From a virus: a stretch of DNA of 64,000 nt. The notes under the pieces are model-generated. The model did not search any database. It was not told the DNA's origin and was given only the letters and a program-made list of their open reading frames with translations. Below are positions 36,315-44,862 of this stretch, piece after piece. The DNA lies in IMG/VR virus record IMGVR_UViG_3300045988_123588; one strand, 5' to 3'. A program made the translations under genes and the position numbers. Within the stretch, counting starts at the first letter, position 1, and every line of letters begins with the position of its first letter.

Positions 36315-36824
36315 ATGGCAAAGAAAAAAGCTGCAGCAAAAGAGGTAGAACGCAAGGTTCTCTCTAACGGGGTAATTCTCATCAAATACGATGACGATTC
36401 CTATGCACTCCTGACTCCCATCTCGGCAGAAGACGCCGAAGAAATTTTCGGTGGGGAATCCGAGGATTCGGACGACGAGGACGAAGAAGACGAGGATGAA
36501 GATGAGTCGGATGACGAAGATTCCGATGAAGACGAAGACGAGGAGGATTCTGACGAAGAAGAAGACGAGGACGAGGACGGCGATGAGGATGAAGAGGACG
36601 AAGATGAAGAGGATGACGACGAGGTAACCCCCGAGGACCTGGCCGGCATGGACTTCGAAGCTCTCGAAGACCTCTGCGACGACAAAGAACTCGAAACTGA
36701 CCCCGACGAATTCGACGAGGAAGACGTCGAGAAACTCCGCAAAGCGGTGGCCAAGGAACTGAACATCACCCTGCCCAAGGCAAAGGCCGCTTCCAAGAAG
36801 GACACCAAGAAAAAGAAAAAGTAA
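36315..36824 (+). CDS. poly-acidic protein (about 75-residue D/E tract) with Lys-rich termini
   Basis: 169 aa; ESEDSDDEDEEDEDEDESDDEDSDEDEDEEDSDEEEDEDEDGDEDEEDEDEEDDDE; markedly GC-rich codons. Confidence 0.7.
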   Translation: MAKKKAAAKEVERKVLSNGVILIKYDDDSYALLTPISAEDAEEIFGGESEDSDDEDEEDEDEDESDDEDSDEDEDEEDSDEEEDEDEDGDEDEEDEDEEDDDEVTPEDLAGMDFEALEDLCDDKELETDPDEFDEEDVEKLRKAVAKELNITLPKAKAASKKDTKKKKK

Positions 36825-36853
36825 GGGTCCTTCTGACTATAACCAAATCCAAG

Positions 36854-36920
36854 GGTCCCCCGGGAATCGCTAAATGCTTAAACTCCATAGGCTATGGCCA
36901 AACGTTCGGGGGACCTTTTA
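36854..36920 (+). terminator. compound hairpin plus T-run
   Basis: GGTCCCCCG...CGGGGGACC enclosing CCATAGgCTATGG, followed by TTTTAT. Confidence 0.5.
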
Positions 36921-36947
36921 TAACAAAACCATTTAATCAAATATAAC

Positions 36948-37373
36948 ATGGCAACGAAGAAAAAGGCAGCAGAAGCAAAAGCTGCAAAGAAAGAGGAATC
37001 GAAAAAGGGCGGTAAGAAAGAACTGACCGCTGAAGAGAAGAAGGCTAAGCGAGAAGCGATGAAAGAACGACTCAAGAACCGGGCACCGGGTCAGCGACCG
37101 AACAGCAAACAGTGCGACATCATCGACCTGGGCGGCGGCAACGTTGCAAAGACCTTCGCCATGAACGTCCGGAAGTACGGAGTTCTCATCACCTCGGTCG
37201 TAACCGACAAGGATGGCAAAGTGATTGCCGTCTCGAATGCCACCATTCCGGGGGTATCGGTTAAATCCAAGAAAGAGCACGGCACTCTGGTCCCCAAGGT
37301 ACCCGGCATGGGCAAGAAAGGGAAAGCCGCCGAAGCTGAGGATGACGAGGAGGATGAAGACGATGAGGAATAG
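36948..37373 (+). CDS. Lys-rich protein with an acidic tail
   Basis: 141 aa, MATKKKAAEAKAAKKEESKKGGKK...EDDEEDEDDEE, GC-rich codons. Confidence 0.65.
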   Translation: MATKKKAAEAKAAKKEESKKGGKKELTAEEKKAKREAMKERLKNRAPGQRPNSKQCDIIDLGGGNVAKTFAMNVRKYGVLITSVVTDKDGKVIAVSNATIPGVSVKSKKEHGTLVPKVPGMGKKGKAAEAEDDEEDEDDEE

Positions 37374-37418
37374 GTCCTGAGCACCCAATCCTACGTACAT
37401 CAACACTTGAGTCATACA

Positions 37419-37462
37419 GGGGAGGCCATCCGAAGGTTTAAGGGTGGGCCTCCCCACTTTGT
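37419..37462 (+). terminator. rho-independent terminator
   Basis: GGGGAGGCC...GGCCTCCCC followed by ACTTTGTAT. Confidence 0.6.
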
Positions 37463-37470
37463 ATAGATAT

Positions 37471-37698
37471 ATGCAAGACGACGACAGCATCATATATCTG
37501 GCATTATGCAATCAGCTACAATCATACCAGCTGTTGCTAGAGGAAGAAAAAGATATCTCTGAAGAAAATAGAATGATGACAGAGTATATTATCTCTAGAA
37601 CAGAGGAATTGATTGATAAGTATGCCCAGAAAATAGGAAGTGACACCACTATTCAAAGACCTCAATGGGACAATTTAACACCTCAGTCAAAGGGTTGA
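37471..37698 (+). CDS. hypothetical protein
   Basis: Start moved to MQDDDS, outside the terminator hairpin. Confidence 0.45.
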   Translation: MQDDDSIIYLALCNQLQSYQLLLEEEKDISEENRMMTEYIISRTEELIDKYAQKIGSDTTIQRPQWDNLTPQSKG

Positions 37699-37724
37699 TA
37701 TATCGGATTAAAGAACTAACCAAA

Positions 37725-38045
37725 ATGGTTCAAGATATAGATACAAGGTTATCTATGCCTGGACTGTCTCCTGGTAAAAGGCAAGCTTTAATCAAAGATA
37801 AGACCCTAAAAATAGGTAAGGTAAAATCTCTGGCAAAGCGCATAGAAGATTTAACAAATGGAAACATCTTAACCATAACTTTTGAAAACAAGGGCTCTGG
37901 TGAAAGGTTTAGGATTACATACACCAACATATCTCAGGATGATGCTGTTGCTCATCTTAAGTTGATGGCAAATCTTCAGGGAATGGAAATAATCATCTCA
38001 GAGATAAAGGAAGTACAGACCAAAAACTCCTTAACCAAACTATAA
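37725..38045 (+). CDS. hypothetical protein
   Basis: Start uncertain (37665 or 37725). Confidence 0.45.
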   Translation: MVQDIDTRLSMPGLSPGKRQALIKDKTLKIGKVKSLAKRIEDLTNGNILTITFENKGSGERFRITYTNISQDDAVAHLKLMANLQGMEIIISEIKEVQTKNSLTKL

Positions 38046-38094
38046 ACATGCAAAGGTAATTCAAACTAATTTTCATTTAATCAACTCAACAACA

Positions 38095-38658
38095 ATGGCA
38101 AAAGACATCAGCAAAAAAGACCTGGCTGCAAAGAAAGCCCGCCGGGCTCAGAAGGAAATGCTGGCCTACATGGAAGAGAACGACCTCGACCCCAAGAAAG
38201 ATTGGACAGGCCACAAGAAGCATGGAAAGAAAATCCAGGCCTGGGTAGACATCATCAATCTCGGGAACAAAAAGGCCAGAGCAGCTACGGAAGAGAAGGC
38301 CGTAGAAAAGGCCAAGAAAAACCAGAAGCCCGAAGCCCATCCTAAGAAGGAAAAGGTCACAAGTACACCCAATGCTTATGACTACCCAACAGTGGACGGC
38401 AAGGAGATGACCTCTGACCAGAAGAAAAAGTACCGTCAGAAGATGCGTACTCTTCTGAAGACCATGTCCAAAGAGAAAGCAGAGGCCGAGGGCAAGAAGT
38501 ATGCTGCAGAGTTGGCATCAGGTGCTCCGGCAGCTGCTCCCAAGAAAGAGAAGAAGGCAAAGAAGGAAGAGCCGGCCAAGGAAAAGAAGGCCGAGAAACC
38601 TTCGAAAGAAGGCAAGGACAAGAAGAAGAAAAAGAAGTCTAAGAAAGAGGAGGATTAA
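38095..38658 (+). CDS. Lys-rich low-complexity protein
   Basis: 187 aa, KKEKKAKKEEPAKEKKAEKPSKEGKDKKKKKKSKKEED tail, GC-rich codons. Confidence 0.65.
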   Translation: MAKDISKKDLAAKKARRAQKEMLAYMEENDLDPKKDWTGHKKHGKKIQAWVDIINLGNKKARAATEEKAVEKAKKNQKPEAHPKKEKVTSTPNAYDYPTVDGKEMTSDQKKKYRQKMRTLLKTMSKEKAEAEGKKYAAELASGAPAAAPKKEKKAKKEEPAKEKKAEKPSKEGKDKKKKKKSKKEED

Positions 38659-38688
38659 CCCGATAGGCAATCAGTGAAACTTCTCATG

Positions 38689-38724
38689 CCCCCGAATCTA
38701 TACAAGGTTCGGGGTTCTTTGTTG
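38689..38724 (+). terminator. rho-independent terminator
   Basis: CCCCGAA...TTCGGGG followed by TTCTTTGTT. Confidence 0.6.
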
Positions 38725-38754
38725 AACTAACCTATACAACACCACTGAATTTAA

Positions 38755-38786
38755 TTTGCATATTATTATAATAAGTATTATATTTG
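38755..38786 (+). promoter_or_regulatory. Bacteroidota-type promoter (-33 TTTG, 20 nt, -7 TATATTTG)
   Basis: TTTGCA at 38755, TATATTTG at 38779-38786. Confidence 0.65.
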
Positions 38787-38808
38787 CATAACGAATAATT
38801 ATAGAGGA

Positions 38809-39102
38809 ATGAAAACTTATTTGATAGCTTATTATGATAATTACGATGGAGTATATCAGGGTAGAAGTAGGACTCTGGAGTCATATCTAAAACAGAGTGT
38901 CCAATGGGCCAAATTATTTTCAACCGTTTGGATAGTGAATTCAGACCTGACCAAAGAGAAAATACTTCAGAACATAAATGATGTTTTAGGAGACTCATCT
39001 CCTTACTTCAAGATATTTATTACCGAGATATCCAGTAGTAGTTATACTACAAGCGGATTTTACAATGATATAAATAAATGGTTAGAAATTAATATAAAAT
39101 AA
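38809..39102 (+). CDS. hypothetical protein
   Basis: 97-aa ORF 23 nt after the -7 box. Confidence 0.55.
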   Translation: MKTYLIAYYDNYDGVYQGRSRTLESYLKQSVQWAKLFSTVWIVNSDLTKEKILQNINDVLGDSSPYFKIFITEISSSSYTTSGFYNDINKWLEINIK

Positions 39103-39103
39103 C

Positions 39104-39280
39104 ATGAAACCCTCAAAATTTACTACTGTAAAGGATATGAAGGATTACCTGGACTCATTACCCAAAGAGATGGATGATTATAGGGTCAATATCCATGTAG
39201 ACCATAATACTGCTAAGGAGTATTTTGAAGCGGGGATAGACCAAAACCATCAGATTCTATATATCTATAACGAGAATTAA
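39104..39280 (+). CDS. small hypothetical protein (58 aa)
   Basis: Hand-translated ORF exactly filling the gap between neighbouring genes. Confidence 0.35.
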   Translation: MKPSKFTTVKDMKDYLDSLPKEMDDYRVNIHVDHNTAKEYFEAGIDQNHQILYIYNEN

Positions 39281-39281
39281 A

Positions 39282-39740
39282 ATGAAAATCAACCGAGGCT
39301 GTATTAAACTGAAATTGCAAAGGCATCTATCCGCCCAGGAAATCTGGAATCAGATTATGGATGTGCATATTCAGGCGCTGGAATCCCTTTTAGAGGATAA
39401 GAGCTTAGATAAATGGAAAATTATATTCCCTTGCTATGGAACTTCTCTAGAAGCGGTGGAATCCATGGCAAAAGAATACATAGATGCCTTCAAAAGAGTT
39501 CAGGGTAATACGTTCAACGAAAGATATGAGGATGTTGAAACAATGTTGGTGAAAGGTTTAAACCAAAGATGGTTCAACACTATCATGAGTACACTATATA
39601 TGATGGAAGAGGACTTAATGGAAATGAGTTCTGATTCTGTCTTCACTCTCTGGGATATTTTCTTCACCTGCCAGGCATTGCGTAAAGAAAATAATGTGGT
39701 AGCTATGGGACTTAACACTTTTGAGCTTAAAAGACAGTAA
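39282..39740 (+). CDS. hypothetical protein
   Basis: 152-aa ORF. Confidence 0.55.
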   Translation: MKINRGCIKLKLQRHLSAQEIWNQIMDVHIQALESLLEDKSLDKWKIIFPCYGTSLEAVESMAKEYIDAFKRVQGNTFNERYEDVETMLVKGLNQRWFNTIMSTLYMMEEDLMEMSSDSVFTLWDIFFTCQALRKENNVVAMGLNTFELKRQ

Positions 39741-39742
39741 AG

Positions 39743-39970
39743 ATGAAAGACACAATTAAAATCACGGGTTCATCAAGAATCGAGAAGGTTATTTTTGATG
39801 ATGAGACCAGGGATATCGAGATAACCTTCAAAGGAGAAAAGGTATATCTGTATAATTCGGTATCAGAGTTTGACTTCAGGATGTTCAAAGAAGATATACA
39901 AAACGGGGAATCCGTTGGGAAGTCCTTCGAGAAGAGAATCAGGAATAAGTACTCAGGTAAAAGATTATGA
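39743..39970 (+). CDS. hypothetical protein
   Basis: 75-aa ORF. Confidence 0.5.
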   Translation: MKDTIKITGSSRIEKVIFDDETRDIEITFKGEKVYLYNSVSEFDFRMFKEDIQNGESVGKSFEKRIRNKYSGKRL

Positions 39971-40386
39971 AAAGGTATTACACATCAGACGGAGAACCCG
40001 ATGAGGCTAAAACCCTTTGGGAAGCTGCAAAGAGAGTGATAATAGGAGTATCGGCATTCTGCGTAGTTTGCATGTTGTGGGATGCTAAAACAGTTCCACC
40101 AACACCAGATGCAACTCCTCACTGGAAAAACTGGGATGAATCAAGGCATTTATCCGAGGTGAAAAGCTATGACTACAAAAACGGTATAATTCACTACAGA
40201 GATGAATATACTGGAGATAGGCCCAAGGAGTTAAATCTTCATGGGTCTTCTAGTAGTTACAGTTCGGGAATAACTTTACAAGTATCAGGGGCATCAGTTC
40301 ACTTGGATATGGATGTAGAAGAACTCATGGACCAGTTAACTGAGGATGTAGATTTTTACGAATACTTCGAACGAAACATGGATTGA
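39967..40386 (+). CDS. hypothetical membrane protein
   Basis: 139 aa, one TM (VIIGVSAFCVVCMLW). Confidence 0.5.
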   Translation: MKRYYTSDGEPDEAKTLWEAAKRVIIGVSAFCVVCMLWDAKTVPPTPDATPHWKNWDESRHLSEVKSYDYKNGIIHYRDEYTGDRPKELNLHGSSSSYSSGITLQVSGASVHLDMDVEELMDQLTEDVDFYEYFERNMD

Positions 40387-40387
40387 T

Positions 40388-40708
40388 ATGGCAGGTCTGA
40401 TTAAATTCAAAGTAAACAAGTACGTTCACGGCACCAGGAGTAAGGATGTATTTGAATTCAAACCAAAGGCCCAGATTATATTCGAGGGTAAGAGAATTGG
40501 TCACATCATTGATACAGAGGTATACTTTTACATAAGTGTAAAGGACACTACTCTGAACTACATACCTGAATTGTGGGAAAAATTCTCTACTCATCAGGAA
40601 GCAAAGGAAGCAGTAATAACCCAGGCAGAATATATCTGGAAAACACTAAACATTTATCATCCACTTAAAACATTAGCACCAAACTACGGATTATGGGAAA
40701 AGAAGTAA
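40388..40708 (+). CDS. hypothetical protein
   Basis: 106-aa ORF. Confidence 0.5.
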   Translation: MAGLIKFKVNKYVHGTRSKDVFEFKPKAQIIFEGKRIGHIIDTEVYFYISVKDTTLNYIPELWEKFSTHQEAKEAVITQAEYIWKTLNIYHPLKTLAPNYGLWEKK

Positions 40709-41019
40709 AGAAACCGACAAACAGCTGGGTATGGAAAAAGATATTCGGTATAACTCTATTAGGATGGATGAATATCCTGATATTTCAATGGCTATTCCTC
40801 CGAATATCTTACCATTGGGTATATGTAGACCCTGATAGAGATGAAGATGCTAGAGTAGATACTTTTTGGGATGATGAGAAACAGCAGTTTGTTGCAAAAA
40901 CTTTCTACTACTATGCCTTTATCGGGTGTATTTTACCTCTAACTGGATGGTGGGGAGATTATGTAATGCCTTTCAAATTCAAATATCGTTTAACTAAAGT
41001 AAGGGAGTATTATGAATAA
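40693..41019 (+). CDS. hypothetical membrane protein
   Basis: 108 aa, hydrophobic segments. Confidence 0.5.
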   Translation: MGKEVKKPTNSWVWKKIFGITLLGWMNILIFQWLFLRISYHWVYVDPDRDEDARVDTFWDDEKQQFVAKTFYYYAFIGCILPLTGWWGDYVMPFKFKYRLTKVREYYE

Positions 41020-41290
41020 ACTGTACAAAACCATTTTGAAGATAGTCATCGTATCTTTTATTACACTAGCTATATTCACTATGGGTTTCACATTAGCTGG
41101 TATACATGAAGCAAAAGGAGCAGACGTTAAGACGTTCAAAATTCAGAGACTAAAACCAAATATGTGGTTTGAGGGGACGAATAGTATTGGCGATATAAAA
41201 GGATATGGTTATTATTTAACTAAATCCGATGGTACAGTTGTACTATTGGTAATAAATCCCCAAGGAGGTATAATAGAAATACAATTATGA
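41012..41290 (+). CDS. hypothetical protein with N-terminal TM/signal
   Basis: 92 aa; ILKIVIVSFITLAIFTMGFTLAG. Confidence 0.5.
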   Translation: MNKLYKTILKIVIVSFITLAIFTMGFTLAGIHEAKGADVKTFKIQRLKPNMWFEGTNSIGDIKGYGYYLTKSDGTVVLLVINPQGGIIEIQL

Positions 41291-41469
41291 GTACCGTAGA
41301 ATTTAAGGCTGCATGTGCAGCACATCGTAAGTGTTGTCCTTACAAAGCAACGGGCATGACTAAGTGTGGTGCCAATGAAAACATTACACCTGACGGTAAA
41401 TGCCCTACCAAAGACTGTTATTACATGGCTAAATTCAAGAAGGCTCTCAAAAAATTATCCGATAAATGA
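41287..41469 (+). CDS. Cys-rich small protein
   Basis: 60 aa with 7 Cys. Confidence 0.45.
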   Translation: MSTVEFKAACAAHRKCCPYKATGMTKCGANENITPDGKCPTKDCYYMAKFKKALKKLSDK

Positions 41470-41651
41470 AGCCATCAATCGTAGCTGAAACCTATAATGA
41501 GCTTATGGGACCAGAGTCTCAAGTTAAATCTGTAGAGATTCAGGACGATGGTTTCAGACAAATTGTCTATGTTAACATGTATAGAAAACAGGTCCAATGC
41601 TTAGAACACACTGAAACTACCTATACCGTGAACGAACCCATAAAGAATTAG
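41466..41651 (+). CDS. hypothetical protein
   Basis: 61-aa ORF. Confidence 0.45.
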   Translation: MKPSIVAETYNELMGPESQVKSVEIQDDGFRQIVYVNMYRKQVQCLEHTETTYTVNEPIKN

Positions 41652-41659
41652 TGAAATAA

Positions 41660-41691
41660 TTTGCAGGGGTTGATATTTATATCTATATTTG
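41660..41691 (+). promoter_or_regulatory. Bacteroidota-type promoter with no ORF downstream (orphan)
   Basis: TTTGCA at 41660, 20 nt, TATATTTG at 41684-41691. The next promoter starts about 80 nt later. Confidence 0.55.
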
Positions 41692-41773
41692 CATAAACAA
41701 TAAAAGGGAAAAGCCACAAGAAGTTAACACACAAGAAGCCAAGAACACCACCTCAAAGAAAATGATAAAAATA

Positions 41774-41805
41774 TTTGCATATATAGAAAAGTTCCCCTAT
41801 ATTTG
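41774..41805 (+). promoter_or_regulatory. Bacteroidota-type promoter (-33 TTTG, 20 nt, -7 TATATTTG)
   Basis: TTTGCA at 41774, TATATTTG at 41798-41805. Leader identical to 34143-34170. Confidence 0.65.
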
Positions 41806-41871
41806 CAATAGGAAATAAGAAATAATAAAAACACTTTTTAATTTATTGTAAAACCTTTAACATTGTAAGCC

Positions 41872-42327
41872 ATGAAAAAGAACAAGAAAAATCAGGCTCA
41901 GAAAACTGAAAAGACCAACCTGGTAGAGGGAATCAACAACCTCATCGAAGAGAAGACCCAGAAGGTCGAGAAATCCAAGAAGGCTCTGAAGGCAGAGGTC
42001 AAAAAGGAGGAAACTCCTGAAGCGGCCAAGGAGAAGAAGGTCAAGAAGACCAAGAAGGAGAAACTGGTCGATAAGACCAAGAAAAAAGTCGAAGCCAATC
42101 TCGTAGAAGAGGTGGTAACGAAACGGGAGGTTAAATACATCTACCCCGCCGACTGCGAAGACACCCTTTCCAGGAAAAAGTTCCGGCAGCAGGTCCGAAA
42201 CAAGATTCACCAGCTGGAGCTGGCCATGCTCCGAATCGAGAACCAGGATTCGAAGGAGTTCAAGAAGGCCAAGAAGGAATACCTGGAGTACAAGAACCAA
42301 TTCGTCAAGGAATCCGTTGCAATCTAA
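41872..42327 (+). CDS. Lys-rich protein
   Basis: 151 aa, KEKKVKKTKKEKLVDKTKKK; GC-rich codons. Confidence 0.65.
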   Translation: MKKNKKNQAQKTEKTNLVEGINNLIEEKTQKVEKSKKALKAEVKKEETPEAAKEKKVKKTKKEKLVDKTKKKVEANLVEEVVTKREVKYIYPADCEDTLSRKKFRQQVRNKIHQLELAMLRIENQDSKEFKKAKKEYLEYKNQFVKESVAI

Positions 42328-42406
42328 TCTTTCATAGTAGGAGAGGGGGCACAGGGCTAAGGCTCTGGCCCCTCAGTATAATCACCTTTTAACGATATGA
42401 AAGATT

Positions 42407-42706
42407 ATGATTGTTGGCTTACCAGAGAAAGCAATTCAGAAGGTAGATAAGGAATTGCTAGAATTACACAAAGAAGTCCTTAGGTCATACCTAACACAAC
42501 GGAACCTTAAACATAGGCATCAGAAAAAATTCTTTAAGATATACGACCATTACATTTCGGAGAGGAATATAAGGAGATTCTTCTTCCGTCCTGCTAAGCT
42601 ATTCGTATATGCTTTAGTGACTGACCGATTGGATGACATCGAAGACTATGTACCATTAAAAGATAAGCACCATGTTTCCCGAAAGAGTAAAAAGCGTAAC
42701 GCTTGA
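42407..42706 (+). CDS. hypothetical basic protein
   Basis: 99-aa ORF. Confidence 0.5.
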   Translation: MIVGLPEKAIQKVDKELLELHKEVLRSYLTQRNLKHRHQKKFFKIYDHYISERNIRRFFFRPAKLFVYALVTDRLDDIEDYVPLKDKHHVSRKSKKRNA

Positions 42707-43070
42707 TAAATCCAAAATCACCTACTACCTTCAAACTCAAGGGGGATACCCTATAAATCCCGAATTATATCAGGTAGAGGATTTGGCATTCGATTGCGGA
42801 ATAAGGTCAAATCAATATATCCCTGACTATGCCATTAAGGGGTACTTTAAGGTGGATGAGAATATGTTACATCCAGTATTTATCGAGAATATTGATGGGC
42901 CTCATTTATTATATATTTCGGGTATACCAAGAAATATTTCGGTACAAGAAAAGAATAGGTTCAGGTTTCCTGACCCGGTCTGGTTATCATATTGGGAAGA
43001 TAAGTATATAGGCTACCTTTTTCAAGTGGTAACTAGAGAATCAGCATTAAATCACTTAATAAATCAATAA
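42672..43070 (+). CDS. hypothetical protein
   Basis: 132-aa ORF. Confidence 0.5.
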   Translation: MFPERVKSVTLDKSKITYYLQTQGGYPINPELYQVEDLAFDCGIRSNQYIPDYAIKGYFKVDENMLHPVFIENIDGPHLLYISGIPRNISVQEKNRFRFPDPVWLSYWEDKYIGYLFQVVTRESALNHLINQ

Positions 43071-43090
43071 CTTATAAACAACAAGACACT

Positions 43091-43600
43091 ATGAAAACTG
43101 CAGAGTATGTAAAACAGTTTAAGTTGGACACCCCGAATTACAACTTTAACCGGGAGAAATTCATGGAGGCCTTCGGCCAAGAATTTAAGGACCGAATTGA
43201 GGCAATGATGACAGCCTGCAAAAAGATGCAGGTGCAGTTTACCTATGAAAAATTCCTTCATGCCATCAAGGAACAGCAGGACAAGTTTTGGCAAATTTCC
43301 AAGAAAAAACTTGGAGAGCCATTATCCGATGGCTTATTCTCAGCTTTCTTTGCCCTGCATGTAATACCTCTCCGGGCAAATCTCTTTCCCAACGTCCATG
43401 CGGAAATAGAAGAAAGACGTCAAAAGGCCATTGAAAGAGAGGCCAAGTTTAGGGCCGAAGAAGAGGAACGGCAAAGAGAAGCCAAAGAGAAAGCGGAGAA
43501 AATGAAACCTTTATTAGATGCCGTAATTGCCTATGGAGCTGCCCAAAATTTGGCAAAGCAGGGCAAGGTAAAGGCTACTAAAACCAAGGGGAAACGGTAA
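43091..43600 (+). CDS. hypothetical charged protein
   Basis: 169 aa, E/K/R-rich C-terminal half, GC-richer codons. Confidence 0.6.
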   Translation: MKTAEYVKQFKLDTPNYNFNREKFMEAFGQEFKDRIEAMMTACKKMQVQFTYEKFLHAIKEQQDKFWQISKKKLGEPLSDGLFSAFFALHVIPLRANLFPNVHAEIEERRQKAIEREAKFRAEEEERQREAKEKAEKMKPLLDAVIAYGAAQNLAKQGKVKATKTKGKR

Positions 43601-43638
43601 ATCCTAATAATACAAGACTCTAAAGTTACTAAGATTTT

Positions 43639-43899
43639 ATGAGGTCATTTTTAACCTTGGCTGTTATGATAACGGATAATATCCTGACATCATATAAGAC
43701 AGCCGGAGAGGAAGGAGTAAGTTTGAGCTACGAGTATAAATTAAACTCGGTTGATATAGAGGTAGTTTACCCAAAGCACGTAGACCAGCTATGTTCAGGG
43801 CTTTTAGCACTGAGTAACCAGCTAAAGTTCGAAAATCAGATATCTGATTTTAATCTATCCATAAGCTCATCTAAATTGAAGGTAAGCCTATTCAGGTGA
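43639..43899 (+). CDS. hypothetical protein
   Basis: 86-aa ORF. Confidence 0.45.
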   Translation: MRSFLTLAVMITDNILTSYKTAGEEGVSLSYEYKLNSVDIEVVYPKHVDQLCSGLLALSNQLKFENQISDFNLSISSSKLKVSLFR

Positions 43900-43930
43900 T
43901 CCAGCAACCTGACTATCAAAGAGTTAATTC

Positions 43931-43965
43931 AAAAAGGCCCTTGCCACAACAGGGCCTTTTTATAT
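43931..43965 (+). terminator. rho-independent terminator
   Basis: AAAAAGGCCCT...AGGGCCTTTTT. Confidence 0.7.
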
Positions 43966-44007
43966 ATTTTTATTGGGATTAACTATTAGATACCAAAATC
44001 AAACATC

Positions 44008-44856
44008 ATGAAAGAACAAAAGATAGTTCCACGATTCCCAAGGGGGTTAGGTATAACCCAATTAGCCTTACAAGCTAATGCTGGAGATGATGAAGCTCTT
44101 AAGAATCTGACCAAGTTTATTGTTCACACTTGGATAGTAAACAATGGGAAATTATGGTCAAGGGTTTATTCCGTAAATGAGCTAGCAGACTTCCTGAAAT
44201 GTGAGCCAGCAATTATTCAGATGCAGATGAAACAAACGTTTCTAGACAACGGCCTATTTGACCGTAACAAGATGGATGAAATTGCTGATTCTCTTATGGG
44301 GGCTTGCATAGGCTGGGCACTTGAAGACCGTATGGAAATAAGTCAACAGCTACAAATACTCAGGGATTCTCAGGGGGGAAGGTATGCTCCTTTCATAACC
44401 TCTGAAGTCAATAAAGCCATTGGATTAAAACAACAGTCTACAACATCTCTTCAGAGTTTGGTACGTGCAGTATCTGGTGGCGGTACAGTAAATATCTTTA
44501 ACCAACAGAACAATCAATTCAACAATGCAGGTGAGTCTGAACCAGTGATGACACGGGATATAGCCATGGCTATGATTCAAAAAGAGATTGCTGACAAGGG
44601 TGGTGTAAAAGAGATAGAATATGTAGAAAACCAGTATGACTTCAAAGAATTACCCATCGTAGTTGCAACAAAACAAGAAGGCAATAGAGGGGAAAAAGAA
44701 GGTTTAACCCTCAAGAAGGCCGAATTGGATAGCGTAACAGGAGACTACCATGGTGCCTTAAAAGCTTTTGAAGAAGACCATCACCAAATCAGACGAGAAA
44801 TCGAAGAGGGGATAGACTACGAAGAGGTAGACCCAGAACTCGAAGATAACTTTTGA
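44008..44856 (+). CDS. hypothetical protein
   Basis: 282-aa ORF, acidic C-terminus. Confidence 0.55.
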   Translation: MKEQKIVPRFPRGLGITQLALQANAGDDEALKNLTKFIVHTWIVNNGKLWSRVYSVNELADFLKCEPAIIQMQMKQTFLDNGLFDRNKMDEIADSLMGACIGWALEDRMEISQQLQILRDSQGGRYAPFITSEVNKAIGLKQQSTTSLQSLVRAVSGGGTVNIFNQQNNQFNNAGESEPVMTRDIAMAMIQKEIADKGGVKEIEYVENQYDFKELPIVVATKQEGNRGEKEGLTLKKAELDSVTGDYHGALKAFEEDHHQIRREIEEGIDYEEVDPELEDNF

Positions 44857-44862
44857 TTTTTA

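Noticed and set aside
36401-37511. Long minus-strand ORFs (36401-36808, 36933-37511, 37091-37384, 36878-37075) opposite the acidic and Lys-rich genes
   Set aside because: They translate to Ser-rich, Phe-rich and Leu-rich low-complexity strings. They are the expected stop-poor antisense frames of GC-rich GAn/AAG repeats. The + strand genes have promoters, terminators and coherent proteins.
38086-38621. Minus-strand ORFs opposite the 38095-38658 gene, and similar ones at 41857-42300 and 41898-42140
   Set aside because: Same antisense artefact of Lys/Glu-codon repeats. They have no independent signals.
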